DNA of 64,000 bases, taken from the NCBI RefSeq assembly GCF_009914755.1, contig NC_060934.1; one strand, 5' to 3'. Positions 29,483 to 43,659 of this stretch are shown here, in pieces (the first letter of the stretch is position 1; each line of letters begins with the position of its first letter). This stretch comes from the human T2T-CHM13v2.0 reference genome, Homo sapiens. Both the position numbers and the translations under genes were made by a program. Below the pieces are notes generated by a model. That model saw only the letters and a list, made by a program, of their open reading frames with translations, searched no databases and was not told the DNA's origin.

Positions 29483-30273
29483 TCCTTTTAAGATCACTTT
29501 AAACATTTTTACATAGAGTAAAATTCAGTCTTTTGGGTATACTGTTCTCCGAGGGTAGGGCTGTGAGACCAGTGAATTTCATTATGCAGCTACAACCACA
29601 ATCAACACACAGAACCATCCCTTCACCCCCAAAATACCCTTGCATTGGGGACCTTTGGTAATTAGTCCCTCCAAAGCACTCAGTTCCTGGCAACCACCAA
29701 TCTGTTTTCTGTTCTTATAATTTCCTTTATATTTCTTTATATTCTCATTATGAGAAAATTTTCCTGTATAACTATAGTTCTTAAACTTTAGGATCAGAAT
29801 CCCCATTTTATTCTGTAAGTCATGTAAATGGACTCAATATCTGTAGCCTTTCGAGTCTGGCTTCTTTCACTTAGTATAATACACTGAGATTCATCCATGC
29901 TATTACATGAAATGGAAGTTTGTGCTGCTTTCTTGCTGAGTAGTTTGTACAGATGCACCAGAGCTTATCTATCCACTTACCAGTTAAAGGACATTTGAGT
30001 CGTTTTCAGTGATTGTGATTAAAGCTGCCATAAACATTAAACATTCTGGTACAACTTTTCATGTAAACGTAAGTATATTAATCTGCTCAGGCTGCTGTGG
30101 CAAAATACGACAGACTGTGAAGTTTAAGCAACAAAAATTTATTTTGTCATGGTCCTGGAGGCTGGAAGTCAGAGATCAGGGTGTCAGCAGGGGTGGCTTC
30201 TTTGGAGGTCTCTCTCCTTGACTTGTGGATGTTGTCTTCTCCCTGTGTCCTCATGTGGTCAGGCCTCTGTGTG

Positions 30274-30404
30274 TATTTAGCAGTTTCTACTTTCAGCATG
30301 CTTTACGGCTGTTAATTACCTAACACAAACAGCAGTAAGAATGTCCTGATTTTTACAGGTGGGGAAACTAGCTAAGCCATTAAGATCTGCTGGGGTTCAA
30401 TCCC
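30274..30404. repeat. Arm B of the inverted repeat (copy of 26569-26700 inserted into MLT1)
   Basis: See arm A; interrupts the MLT1 sequence. Confidence 0.92.
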
Positions 30405-30411
30405 CATCTTC

Positions 30412-30691
<280 letters not shown>

Positions 30692-31480
30692 CCCCTCTTT
30701 TCTTATAAGGACGCCAGTCACACTGGATGAGGGTCCATCCATAGGACCTCATTTTATCTTAATTACTTCTTTAAAGACCGTATCTCCAAAGACACTCACA
30801 TGCTGAGGTATTGGGGGTTAGGATTTGAACATATGAATTTGAGGGAGGCACAATTCAACCCATACCATTAAGTTTGCCTGTTTTTAGAGATGGGACCGCT
30901 AGACCATATGGTAAATGAATATTTAACCTTCTAAGAAGCTGCCAAAATGTTTGCCAAAGTTGCTACAGCATTTTGCATTCCCATGAGCAGTGTGTGAGAG
31001 TTTTAGTTGCTACACATCTTCATCAGCACCTGGTATTGCCAGTTTTTCAAAATCCAGCCATTGTAATAGGTATCTAGTGGTGTCTCACGGTGGTGTTAGC
31101 TTGCATTTGCCCTGCTGACTACTGATGCTGAGCATGTTTTTTTGTGATCCATACATCTTCTTTGATGAAATGTCTTTTTTAATTCTTATTCAGCCACCTC
31201 TTTTGGGTCTTCAATTCTACATAATAATTGTCCCTCAGATCCCGAGATTCCATTTGTCCTTCATTTCCCTGCCCATCTTCTGTTTTTCAGACAAAATAAT
31301 TTCTATTTTCAAGGTCATGGACTCTTTCCTCTCTCGTTCCGATTAAGCTAATCCAGTAAATTTGTTGATTTCAAATATTGTATTTTTGAGTTCTAGAATT
31401 TCTCTTTTTTATAGTTTCTACTTCTTCTCTGGGACTTCCTATCTTTTCATTCATTATGAGAATATTTTCCTTTATATCTA

Positions 31481-31662
31481 CAGTTCTTAAACTTTAGGAT
31501 CAGAATCCCCTTGAAAATCTTTTAAAAATATAAACTTCTGGGCTTCTCCCCAACGTTTTGATTCAGTTGATTGTAGGTGGAGCCAGAGAATGTGTATTTC
31601 TGAAAAGTGCCCAGGTGATACCGAGGCTGCTGGTCTCACGACCACCCTTTAAAGGACCACTG
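31481..31662. mobile_element. MER5-like DNA transposon fossil
   Basis: atcagaatcccc...tgattcagt...ccagagaatgtgtatttctgaaaagtgcccaggtgat..gctgctggtc..gaccaccc. Confidence 0.7.
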
Positions 31663-34461
31663 CTTTACATCACACTTAGTTACAATAGGGGCTTGAAAAT
31701 ACTTGTCTGCTCATTCCAACACCTGGGTCATGATGGGTTTAGTCTATGCTTGGTTTAGTCTATGTTGATTATCTTTTCTATTGATAATGAGGCGATTTTC
31801 CCATTTCTTCTTTTCTATTGGGAATGAGGCTGATTTTCCCATTTGTCTTGAGCAATGTGGGAATTAAAGAATGGATATTTTAAATGTTATGTTGTGGCGA
31901 CTCTGGATTACGTTATATTCCTACCAAAAGTGTCAACTTTTCTATTTTATCAAGCTATCACCTTGGTTGGACTGAAACTACAGACTCTGCCTCTTGAGAA
32001 GCAGCTCAAATCTCAATTGAGTTCACCTCTCCTAGGCTGCTTGGAGTCTTCCTGGCACCTACATGATTCAGGAATCACCATAAAAACATAGACAGAATTT
32101 ACACATGGAATCTGGGGTTCCCGATCCTGGCTCTCCACTGTCTGAGTCTCCCCTCACTTTCCAGGATCTGTGGTTGCCCAAATTTTGTAATATGGTTCAT
32201 CAGGCCAGAGAGACCATGAATTTTATATCACTCTCCCACATGTCGTCAACTGTGGCTGCCCTCAAGCTAAAAGTCTGAAAAAAATGGGACAATTCTCCCA
32301 TGCTATTCCCTTCGTCCAGTCTCCTGTTCTCCTGCCTCCTTTTGCTCACGTTCCACTACCTTCAAATAGTCGTTTTTGGTCCTGTGTCCAGACTTTAGAG
32401 CTGCTCTACAGGCAGAAGGGTCAATTCAGTATGAGCTTACTCAGCCAATACTGAAAACATTATTTTAAAATAAATATAAAATTTTCCCAAATTGCCAACT
32501 ACTATAAATTATCATCAGACATGTTATAATACTATAGATTTATATACTTATGGATACCAAGATAAACAGGTTCCTGTAAGTAACAGAGACTACTTCTTTT
32601 TCTGACTTGTGGAAAGAAATCAAGGTAATTCACATTTACATGTCTTTTTCTAAAACTTAATTTGAAAAATATAACTATATCTTTATGTAACCTGAAAAAA
32701 GTGATCCAATGCATGTTAAGAAATCAACTGGCTCCATGCCTTTACATTTCTTTGGAAATAGGAAGCAAAGATCTTCTAGGTGGGCTATTTGTTTCTGCAA
32801 GTTACCCAGCCTCACGCACAGCTATTATGTATTGAGCTTCCTTCTGAAAATACAATCCCATCGGCCGCTTGAAAAACCTCTAAGTAAGTTAAAATGCATT
32901 TATCCTTCTTAACAAGGGAAAGCTACAACCACATAACCTATTTTCATTTCAATCCACCGCTTGAGGGTAATTTATAAAGGATCAATAGCAAAACTGTTAC
33001 CTGTGAGTTTATTTACCAAGCATTTTACTGTGTCGATTCCTTTCATAACAGCCTCTGTTAAACATCCCTGGGGAAATGTCTTCCATGCATCCAATTCCAC
33101 ACTAGCTCTCCTCTAATACACAGGAGATGTGTGATTAAAAAATGAACTCGTAATACGCATTCCGTTAAAGAGCACTTATAGCAAGCTAACAAATTCAGCA
33201 AAGCATCACCAATGCGATGCATACGTCAACAATCCTATCTATTACATAAACGGAGTGCCAGAAACAAAGACATTCCTCCTGAACATGCCCGCAGATTCAT
33301 CCAAACAGAGAGCATCTTGGTGGACAAATCCTGAAAGCTCAGAAGCCACCTGGGAATGTGGTGATTTACTCTACCATTCAAAGCCATGTGGACAATTCCT
33401 GGCTGCGAATGGGAACAGAGGACTGATAAAAAGAAGCTTTAGTGGGGCAAGGACTATACTGCCATAGAAGAAATCACTCTTTAAATATAGAATGAAAGAG
33501 AGAGAGAAGGATTTTCTTCCAAAAGTTAATGATTCGGGGAAGGAATATTTCTCTTTGTACCTTGTCAGGTACAAAACACAATCTCAAAAGGGTTTTAGGG
33601 TGCTATAAGATGTTTCCACGGCCCTCAATGAAAGCAGACAAGCCAGCAGATTCTGTGACTGTGACATCAATACGGTGAGAAGTCAAGACAGCACAGGACA
33701 TCAAAGCTTTCAGAGTTAACCAGCTGCAGTCCTCATGGGGGCATGGCTATGCAGCTGGCCCTGTCACCTAAACACACACCACTCGGTTCTTCAAGATACA
33801 GAGAAACCGCTCTTGTGCAAAGGCGACATCATTCGGTGGCAATCCTGCGGAGAGCCCGGACTGGGAACCACAAATTCTATGTGTAAATTCTGCCTAGATT
33901 TTTGACTGCTCCCCGGATCATGCAGGTGCCAGGCAGGCTCCAAGCAGCCTAGATAAGGAGAGAACTCGACTGAGATTTGAGCTGCTTCTCAAGGTCGTTC
34001 AATCATAGAAGGATCCTTGATTTCCAACCTTGCTGCTGATGTGCTTCTGTATTTACAAGTACCAGCTGACCCAGTCATCAACCTACTGAATCCTCCAAAC
34101 TCCGATTTTGACTTGCACTCACTTTTGAACTTCTGCCTATGCAGCCACCCCTTTCTCGCTTCGTTTTTCATATTGTTATGTCTAGAGTGCAATGACAGTG
34201 TGGCAGCAACGAACCCGCAAGCTCCAGGAAGACATGCTCAGCAAACAAGTCTCTGACCAGCGAGTGCTTTGCACTGTTGTTACAGATCTCAAGTAAGAGG
34301 AGGCTATAATCTTTTTGTCTTAACATAAATTAACTTTCCTAACTAAAAGCATGTTGAACACAGTAGACTATACATTTAAGCCTAATTCTTAAAACAGAGA
34401 TAATTGATATCTCTACTCACAGTTCCTAGGATTGAAGAATTATTGATAATTTTGTAAACTA

Positions 34462-34737
34462 CAGTCATGTACTGCATAGTGACGTTTCAGTCAATGATGA
34501 AATGCGTATACAATGGTGGTCCCATATGATTATATGGTTATACCACATAACCTAGGCTATGTGGTATAAGCTATACCATCCAGGCCATGGATGAATCTCA
34601 GAGCTGTATGTAGTATAGGCTATACCATCTAGGCCTGTGTAGGTACAAGGTACGCTCTATGACATTCACACAACAATGAAGCGGCCTGATGATGCATTTC
34701 TCAGAACATAACCCCATCATTAAGCAATGCATGACTG
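34462..34737. mobile_element. Tigger3/MER7-like TcMar non-autonomous element
   Basis: Terminal inverted repeats cagtcatg.../...catgactg flanked by TA. Confidence 0.85.
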
Positions 34738-35591
34738 TAGTTTATAAAACGACCTCCAATAACTCTGTAAGTACACGCATGTGCACACACACACACACTC
34801 ATTGCCACTTTATGTGTCACAAAAATCCTATTATTATGTTCCAATTAGCTCTATATGAAGCAGGTAGTAGCTTAAAGTAAGCAAAGCACAGAAGTCACTA
34901 GCATCTAACTGGACATCAAAGAAAGTATTAAAGCCATCAAAATAGGTAAGACAGCATTTTAAGACTAGGCCTCAAGAGCAAAGACTCTCCTATCAGTGGG
35001 TTCGTGGATAAGATGCTACACAGCAAGTGTTCCTCTAACAGGGGAACAGATGGCCAGCCGTCCACCAAAACGTGTCCTCTTCACTCCAGAGTTCAGAATC
35101 ACAGCTGGGCAGCAAGTCCAGGCAGGACCCACTTACTGGCCTCACCTGTGACATGGTGCAGCCAGGCAAAGAGCTCCCACCAGTAGAAAGTAAACAGCAA
35201 TAACATACACTGCTATCAGGCTGCAGTATTTAGAACTAGTGATACCTTCTCCTCTATTTCTTTCCCTTCTGCTGGCTAGGTTACTCACCATAATGAGAAC
35301 CACCTACTAATCAGGAAGACCCTGGGCTCTTCCATAAGTGAGACCTGGCCATCACCTTTTAGCATGTTCCAGCCACTGTGCATTTATTAGTCAATTTGTT
35401 AGCACAGACCAGCATCACCCTAGCAAATATACAACCTGAAAGCAGAGCTTTCCAAAAACTACAGACATTTTGTAGTTCTCCAGTGCACTGTAATACTCCA
35501 ACCGTGCTTCATCAATAAAAAGCAAGTTATAAAACTTACGGTAGACAAAATCTATGATTTTTAAAAATTAGGTAAGAGAGAAGCTTCTTAC

Positions 35592-35674
35592 ATTTCGGAA
35601 GCAGAAGGGAGGGGCTTCCTGCGCCCCATGCTGCTTGTGATAATCTGCCCAGTCGAAGTCCTGGCCAGAGTAAC
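35592..35674 (-). CDS. SFMBT2: SFMBT2 coding exon (approx. exon 10), 83 nt, phase 1-0: (G)[27 protein letters not shown]
   Basis: Acceptor gttttgtcattcccag|GT, donor AAT|gtaaga; MBT FDWxxY motif. Confidence 0.95.
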
Positions 35675-35914
35675 CTGGGAATGACAAAACACAGATAAAA
35701 CAGCGCACATTAAGCAAAATCCCAGACAGATGAGCAAAATCAGAAGGGGTGAAAGTTTAGGCTCCCAAAAGATAATGTCCTCTGATGCCTAACAGCACTT
35801 CAGATTTCATAAGCTCAGATGAAATATTTTGGAAAAATTAAAGTACTAAACACAGGTAAACCATCGTTACTATAACACACTATCTGAAGCCAGGTGAGGA
35901 AGGGTGGAACTTAC

Positions 35915-36001
35915 CCATGGCGGCACCAGCCGGTGGGGGGATTTGCCATAAGGGGGAAGAGCTGAGCCAGGATATGGCATAAAATACACTCTCACCACGC
36001 A
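35915..36001 (-). other. Candidate cryptic/alternative SFMBT2 exon (87 nt, frame-preserving) or 3' end of an alternative first exon with a Kozak ATG
   Basis: ttgtctatctctgcacag|TG...GCCGCCATGG|gtaagt; no stop in the SFMBT2 frame; phase 1-1. Confidence 0.35.
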
Positions 36002-36407
36002 CTGTGCAGAGATAGACAATGACATCTCCCTTCATAGGAAGCCTGAGTTCGTGGGAGCTTACTTTTCGGTGTCTTTATGGAAAACATGAGATTTTACTGG
36101 GAAATAAAAAATTAAAAAAAAAAAAACAAAACAGTACCAGGGACGACTTTTTAAAAAGTAACAGAAGGTAGAGAAGAGGGCAACAAAGAGTAGAGGGTTT
36201 GGAGAGAAAAGCTCCCAGAGAAATGAGGGAAGGAAGGCAAACGTTGCCCTGGAACTGACCTGCTGAGGCTGAAGGAACATGAGAATTGCAGGAGGCAGGT
36301 CTCTGCTGCAAAGCTCTGGGGGCAGTTTGGATATACTGAGAGAGGCATTTGAACAACAACTCTTCATATACACTGAATGTAACCAACTACAGATCCTACT
36401 AAAGTGG

Positions 36408-36409
36408 CT

Positions 36410-36508
<99 letters not shown>

Positions 36509-36533
36509 CCTCCCTCTCTCTCTCTCTTTCTTT
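36408..36533. repeat. (CTTT)n(CT)n pyrimidine microsatellite
   Basis: Direct reading. Confidence 0.97.
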
Positions 36534-37022
36534 GTATTCACTTCATTTTTGGGGGGAAGATGCAACTATATAAATGTCCATCATGGCCATGGCAAGACAG
36601 GAGACGAGGTGAGAGAAAAGAGGACTGAATTATACCTAAGAAAGGCATAACCCAGGGAGGAAAATGCCTCTTAATGGGAGTCTCATCGGCACAAAATCAA
36701 ACCAATGGACAGGCAAGGAAAAAGGAGTGAGGTGTCAAAACCTTCCTGTAAACAAGCAAAGGAAAAACACAGTCCAACTGTGATTCACTGAAGTGTGTAA
36801 ATGCCCCTAGTATCTTCATTGACAGTGCTCTCTGTTGGTGGAAATCTACATGAAATAAATCTCTAAGAGATTTCTTATGTTTTTTTATCCAAATCCCCCA
36901 GTTTCTTTTCCCCATATTGTCACAGATTCTATGAGTGCAAACTCACTTATCATAAGGACTTTTAGTTACTAAATCAGATGCAGAGGGACTATGGAAATTC
37001 TTTATTAAAGAAACTCAACATA

Positions 37023-37741
<719 letters not shown>

Positions 37742-38373
37742 CTATATATATATATATATTTAAGATGGGAGGGTGACAGTTAAGCAAAAAAGCAGCTGTG
37801 CTTCTTGGGTCCCAGAGACTGACCCGTGACCTTCCCATATCCTGCTGACCATCAGTGGCAGGTCCCCTTCTTTCTTAAGACAGCTGTTTCATTCTATAAA
37901 GACTGAAAATTCTTTCCAGCCACTTTCAAAGAGGTTCTTCGAGTTCTTCCACCTGCCCTTTCTCCTGCCCTTCTCTCTAAAGCTCCCCTCCAGCTAAATG
38001 GCTCCTGCATCAAAGATTTCTAGACAGGACCAGAGCCGACTTTCTTCTGAACCTTTCTGAATACAACAGAACACATCTCACAAACAAGGTAATGTAATGT
38101 GAGTTTCTCTACAATTAAGAAAACCCTCCACTTTGAGCGTAGTTTCTCTGGAGCTGTCTGGATCAAAGCCTCATATTACTGTAGAAGAATTAGCCTCAAG
38201 ACACGTCAAACGGAGAAGTTTCTTAACAGGACAAAGGGCCTGGAACTGGAGAAGAGGGTATCTGGGTTTAAGACCCAGCTCTCCCAGTAATGGGAGGGAG
38301 CCAGGAAAAAGTAGATTAAATCTTCTGTGCCCCACTTTCCTCATCTACAAATTCACAAAATAAAAAGAAAAGC

Positions 38374-38695
38374 GTCTGGGTGCGGTGGCTCACACCCATA
38401 ATCCCAGCACTTTGGGAGGCTGAGGCAGAGGCAGATCATGAGGTCAGGAGTTTGAGAACAGCCTGACCAACATCGTAAAACCTTGTCTCTACTACAAATA
38501 CAAAAATTAGGCGGGAGTGGTGGTGCATGCCTGTAATCCCAGCTACTCAGGAGGCTGAGGCAGGAGAATTGCTTGAACCCGGAGGCGGAGATTGCTGTGA
38601 GCCAACATCACACCACTGCACTCCAGCCTGGGCAACAGAGCAAGACTCTGTCTCTCAAAACACGAAATAAAAATAAATAAAATAAAGTAAATAAA
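38374..38695 (+). mobile_element. AluS
   Basis: Alu consensus with (AAAAT)n tail. Confidence 0.9.
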
Positions 38696-41600
38696 GAGAA
38701 AAGCTTTTAGATCCCTCTGCTGTCACATTCTATGATTCAGAACCACCATCACTAATTATTTTACTGTTGCTACTAAGGATTTTTTTCCCCCAACTCTCTG
38801 TGGTTAATTCCCTTCTCTGCTCCTAAAAGAAAAGTGTAACGTGGCTGGATGACGAGCAGTTACCTAACAAGGCATTCCTCTAAGAAGACTCACGACTCCA
38901 TCTGTGAAGACACATCTCTGTAACACAATGATCCCATCTGTCTGGGGTTTTGGAAGACGGACTTTGTTAAAGTCAAGATCTCCTTCTGTTCCACTATCTC
39001 TTCCTGGACCTCTGCTATTTCCTGAGTTAATTTCAAGAGTGAAGAAAACTAGATGAGATCCCTGGGGTGGGGAGGAGGGAAATGAGAGAAAACTATATAG
39101 AAAAATAGCAAAGCATTTTCTGACACAGCCTGGCATGTGGGTAATCTTTATGGTCCATACATGTTCAGATAAAACTTTCCCACCTGGAAGTCACCGCTAT
39201 TCCCTACACAAAGACATTAAGCTGGGCTTTCTATAACTAACTTCTAATGAGCTTCAACCCACTCTCTAAAATGTCATGCCTCGTGTTTTCTTGGACGTAC
39301 ATTCAGGCCTTCTATCTATTCACCCAGTCCTCCACACTCTGTCTATGGAGAGCCATTTCTAATCTGATAATTTCTAGATAAAATCAAGTCTTGCTGGCTA
39401 TGTTGTAAGCAACAGTTAATTATTCCGTCCCTAGAACATGCTCATTTCCCTGACATTCCAACAGCTTAGACTCCTCTGTCCCCTCCTCCTCCTCCTCTTC
39501 GGGACCTTTACTCACTTCATCATTTCAAATTCTTTTCCTTTGGGCTGATAATGAGCTGTCTTTGTAAGGCAGTTTTGTGACAGCTCAGAAAATAACTGCG
39601 ACATAAAAACAAATTGCTGTGGATGGTATAATAGAGATGACAGGGTCAATTATACTCATTAATCAACAAAGACAGAACAAGACGTACTAAGGCTTAACTG
39701 TGGCCAGGAAAACACATTTTAAACCTGGAGGGAGGGAGGAAAACAGCAGAGGGGAGAAGAAAATGAAAGGAAATAAAACCCCTTAGGCAATTAAACTTTG
39801 CAGCAAGCTTCCCTGAGAGACTGTTGAACCACAACCATTAGACTTATTTAAGCTTTTATTAGTGTTTATTCTGAATGAAGTTTCAACCCTTACAGGTCCA
39901 AAAGGGAAGAGGTTGATGACCCATTTCCCTCGGATACAAACTAATTGACATAAAACAGCTCTATTTGCACACATCATTATTGGCAGTGTAAATGGACAAT
40001 TCTTTGGAAAAACTATTTGGCATTAAAAAAAAACTCCTACCCTTTGACGCAACCATTTCACTTCTGGGAACTTATCCCATAAAAATGACCCTAAAAACTG
40101 AAAAAGGTGTTATACATGAAGACACTTACGGCATTATGACTGGTAACACTGGAGGAAAAAAAATGAAATAACCTTCTGTGCAGTAATAGAAAATGAGATG
40201 AGACTTCTCCAAGTCTGTAGAATGCCACACAGGCATGAAACGGCACGTAGTTTTAAAAAATTCATAAAAAATAACTGCTATGGCTTTAGATGAAAAGACT
40301 GCTATAAACATATACAGAATTATTAGATTCATATAAAATATGCAAAGATGAAGACCAGAGAAAATGTACAAAAACCTTAATAATAAATATTACAATAATT
40401 GTTGGGTGGTGGGACTCTTGGCTACTTTCCTCTTTGACCTCTTTGTATTTTTCCAAGTTTTTAATAATGATCACAAAATTATTTCATTAATAAAAAATTA
40501 TTTGAAAACACAGAATCTTTGCCCTATTTTAAATGGTAATTAAGGCATTGGTCGATCAATCCAGAGTCCACTCAGCACATGAAATACACCATGACTGCCT
40601 CCCCTCAGCCTTCCTCCAGCTTTGCCAGTAGAATCCTGACTTTATCCAGTTCCTGGAGGAAGTGAATCAGGACCATCTTGAGATGCTCATGGTAGCCATA
40701 TGCCCTTTTCAGGAGGCTTAAGATGGGTAGGAGAAGGGTTTACAGAAAAAAATTCTCTCTCTAACAAAAGAGACATGCAGGAATAAAAACTCCTCTTCTA
40801 TCCTGGGTGGCTACGAAAAATACATATACAATCTTAATAAAAAATAAAAATAGCAAAGGAATACCATGTTTGCTATCTACCTGGCTGGCAGAATGAAAAA
40901 CAACACTAAGAATCCACCATTCTAAAGGCTGTTAGGAAGCAGGCGTTTTTATGTGTTTGTGGTGGGAGTGGAACTTTAAAAAACCACTGTAGATGTCAAT
41001 TTGGTAACGTGTCAAAATCCTCAGGCTCCAGCGACTACTGGGAGTAACAGACACACAGCCTGACACCGATAACACAGTGAGGTAAAAGCAAGGATGGAGG
41101 GACACTCAGAGAGTGAGGGAAGAAGGCTCTGAAGATCTCACTACTGCAGAGCAAACAGCTCCATAGAGAGATCTTCCTCACCCCAGAGAATGTTTACTCT
41201 ATTAAATGTTAGAAGAGCATGTGTAAATAGCAAGCTTATTTAGTTTTCAGTTCCACCTCCCTTGGAAAGGAAAAGTGATACAATCATCTTCAAAGTCAGC
41301 AAATACCAGGACCCAGATATGTGCATAAATGTTGATGCAACAGAACCTAAGTTCTAAGAACAGGTTCTCAGTCCTTTCTGAGAAAGTTTCACAACTCACA
41401 GAGCAGCACTTCGGGGCATTTTTGCAATGCCTTACTCTTCCAATTGACAGCTGATCTTTCTCCTTTCAAGCCCAAGTTTTTGTTGTTTTTGAGGCAACCA
41501 ACATTCCTTGAACACCCACTAAAGCCAGGGGCTCTGTGGCAACCCTTCAGGGGATGAATGTCCCATGGCCCTGGCAGGGAGGCAAGATTGCACAGACCTC

Positions 41601-43218
41601 AGCTGGCAGAACCTGTCCCAGGAGCCAGTCTGTCTATTCCAGAAAACAACTTTCTCAACATTGCCTCCACCTGTTTCACAAAGGAGTTTGTGTACATTGC
41701 AGGCTTACAGGCAGGACAGCAAACATCAGCGACTGACTAAAGCATTTGTTCTTGTCGATGCTGTTTGCTAAAAAACTACAACCTCCCTCTTGAAATCTTC
41801 TAGCTACCTCCACAGTCTTGGGTGATGTTCAGTTTCAAGCCTTCCTTGATACTGGTCTTTAAAAGTGACACTTTCATTCATTCCCAATTGAATTACTCTG
41901 TGTTTTTACGTTCATGGAACAGTGCAGGAAAAAAACAAACAAACAAACAGAAAATAAGGAAGAGAAACAAAAAAGACAATAATATAAGCACTAGCCCTAC
42001 CGCCTTCCTTATCTTTTAAAACATTATGTTGAGAAGTATTTCATCTTGGTCATGGTATGACACTTAATATACTTCTCTGCTGAGGGAATGTTCTACATGT
42101 TATTCTGAATTATAAACACAATGTTACGGGACACAGGTATGTGCCCAGGATGGGGTCTAACATCATATAAATATCAGCTGTCAATGGCAAAAATATCTTA
42201 CAGATCCTGAAGAATGAAGTGAATTTAAGGATAACATAAAAGGTTCTTCTTAGTTTTCAACAATCAGAAGTATTTTCAGATATTAAAAATGACCTAGAGA
42301 GTTTTACTATACCAACTCTTTTCAATCAAAAGTGACCGTTTTGCTCAAGAATGAATCAGAAAGCTAGAAATGAGACTTGCTTCCAAGTCCAGTAGCCGGG
42401 CGGGACGATCTGACAGTCTCCCTACAGATATCAGATGAAATATAATTTTGAAAAATTACATAGCCCAAGTCAAAAGAGAAGAAAATCTCCAGACACCAAA
42501 AAAAAAGTAAAAAATAAAAAACCAAAACCTGAAAGAGCCCTGAAAGCCAGAGCTGAGCAGTGAGCAGCTCACAGAGGGCAGACAACAGCCTGGTTCAAGG
42601 GAGATGAGCAGGAGGACCCGAGGCTACTATCTACAGCTGGCCCCAGGCAGCAGCCCAGTCTATGAAAATAGAACCAGACAAACTAAGCTGACTGGATCAG
42701 AGAGGCAGCAGAGATGGGCTACCTACCTGGGGTTCTGAAGAAGAAAAAAGGAGATCATGCACTTCCCCAGGCCAGTGGCACACACGGATGTGGGGTCCAG
42801 CTTTCCAATTCCGTGGGACACAGACTGAGAAATTAATATCAAATTCAGCCACTCATTCCTTGAATAATCAGGGACACCCTCATGGACCAGACATTGTTTT
42901 TGGTGCTGGGGATGCAGCAGTGAACAAAAGAGATTAAAAAAATACCCTTGACCCTATGAAGTTTATTTCCTAGTGGATGGATAGAGACAGTAACAAATAA
43001 ATAGAGATGACTTCAATCCAGGGCACATGGAACTGCCACATAAATAACAACCACCACTGAAATTAGTTCATAATCAACAATCACAAACCACATAAGGAAA
43101 CTAACCAACTTGAGGGAAGGCAGAGAAATGAACTTTAATGCAAAATGCCTTATCAGGAAAAAAGAGTGCTTCCGCCAGTCTAATGATCCTGAATCTGAAC
43201 ACCTTAACACAACTTCAA

Positions 43219-43360
43219 ACACACACACTCACACCACACACTACATACCACACACACACACACGCAACCACACAGCACACACATACAGACACATACCACA
43301 CAGACGTACCACACATACACATCACATATTAGATACACACACACACCCCACATACACACC
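43219..43360. repeat. Imperfect (CA)-rich low-complexity tract
   Basis: Direct reading. Confidence 0.85.
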
Positions 43361-43659
43361 CTGCACAAACATATCCATCACAAAAACAAAGAGAAGCTAA
43401 CAAATCCTCAATCTCAAAATGATATTTTAAAGTACCATTTGGAAATTTACAGAACAGATAAAAATACAGTGAGGATATAGAATATCTGAATACTTCAATA
43501 AATAAACTTGACCTGACCAACTGATGTGGCAATAAATCTGAAAATACAGCTGAAACAGACAATACTGTAAAATACATGTACATTACCAAAACTATCTCAC
43601 AAATGGTTACCCTGACTAAACTTATATCCACGAAAGGAAATAAATTCACACTCAATAAA

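Noticed and set aside
34538-34570. Near-perfect palindrome ttataccacata-acctaggc-tatgtggtataa (pre-miRNA-like)
   Set aside because: Lies inside the Tigger3-like element, whose internal repeats explain it; stem too short for a pre-miRNA.
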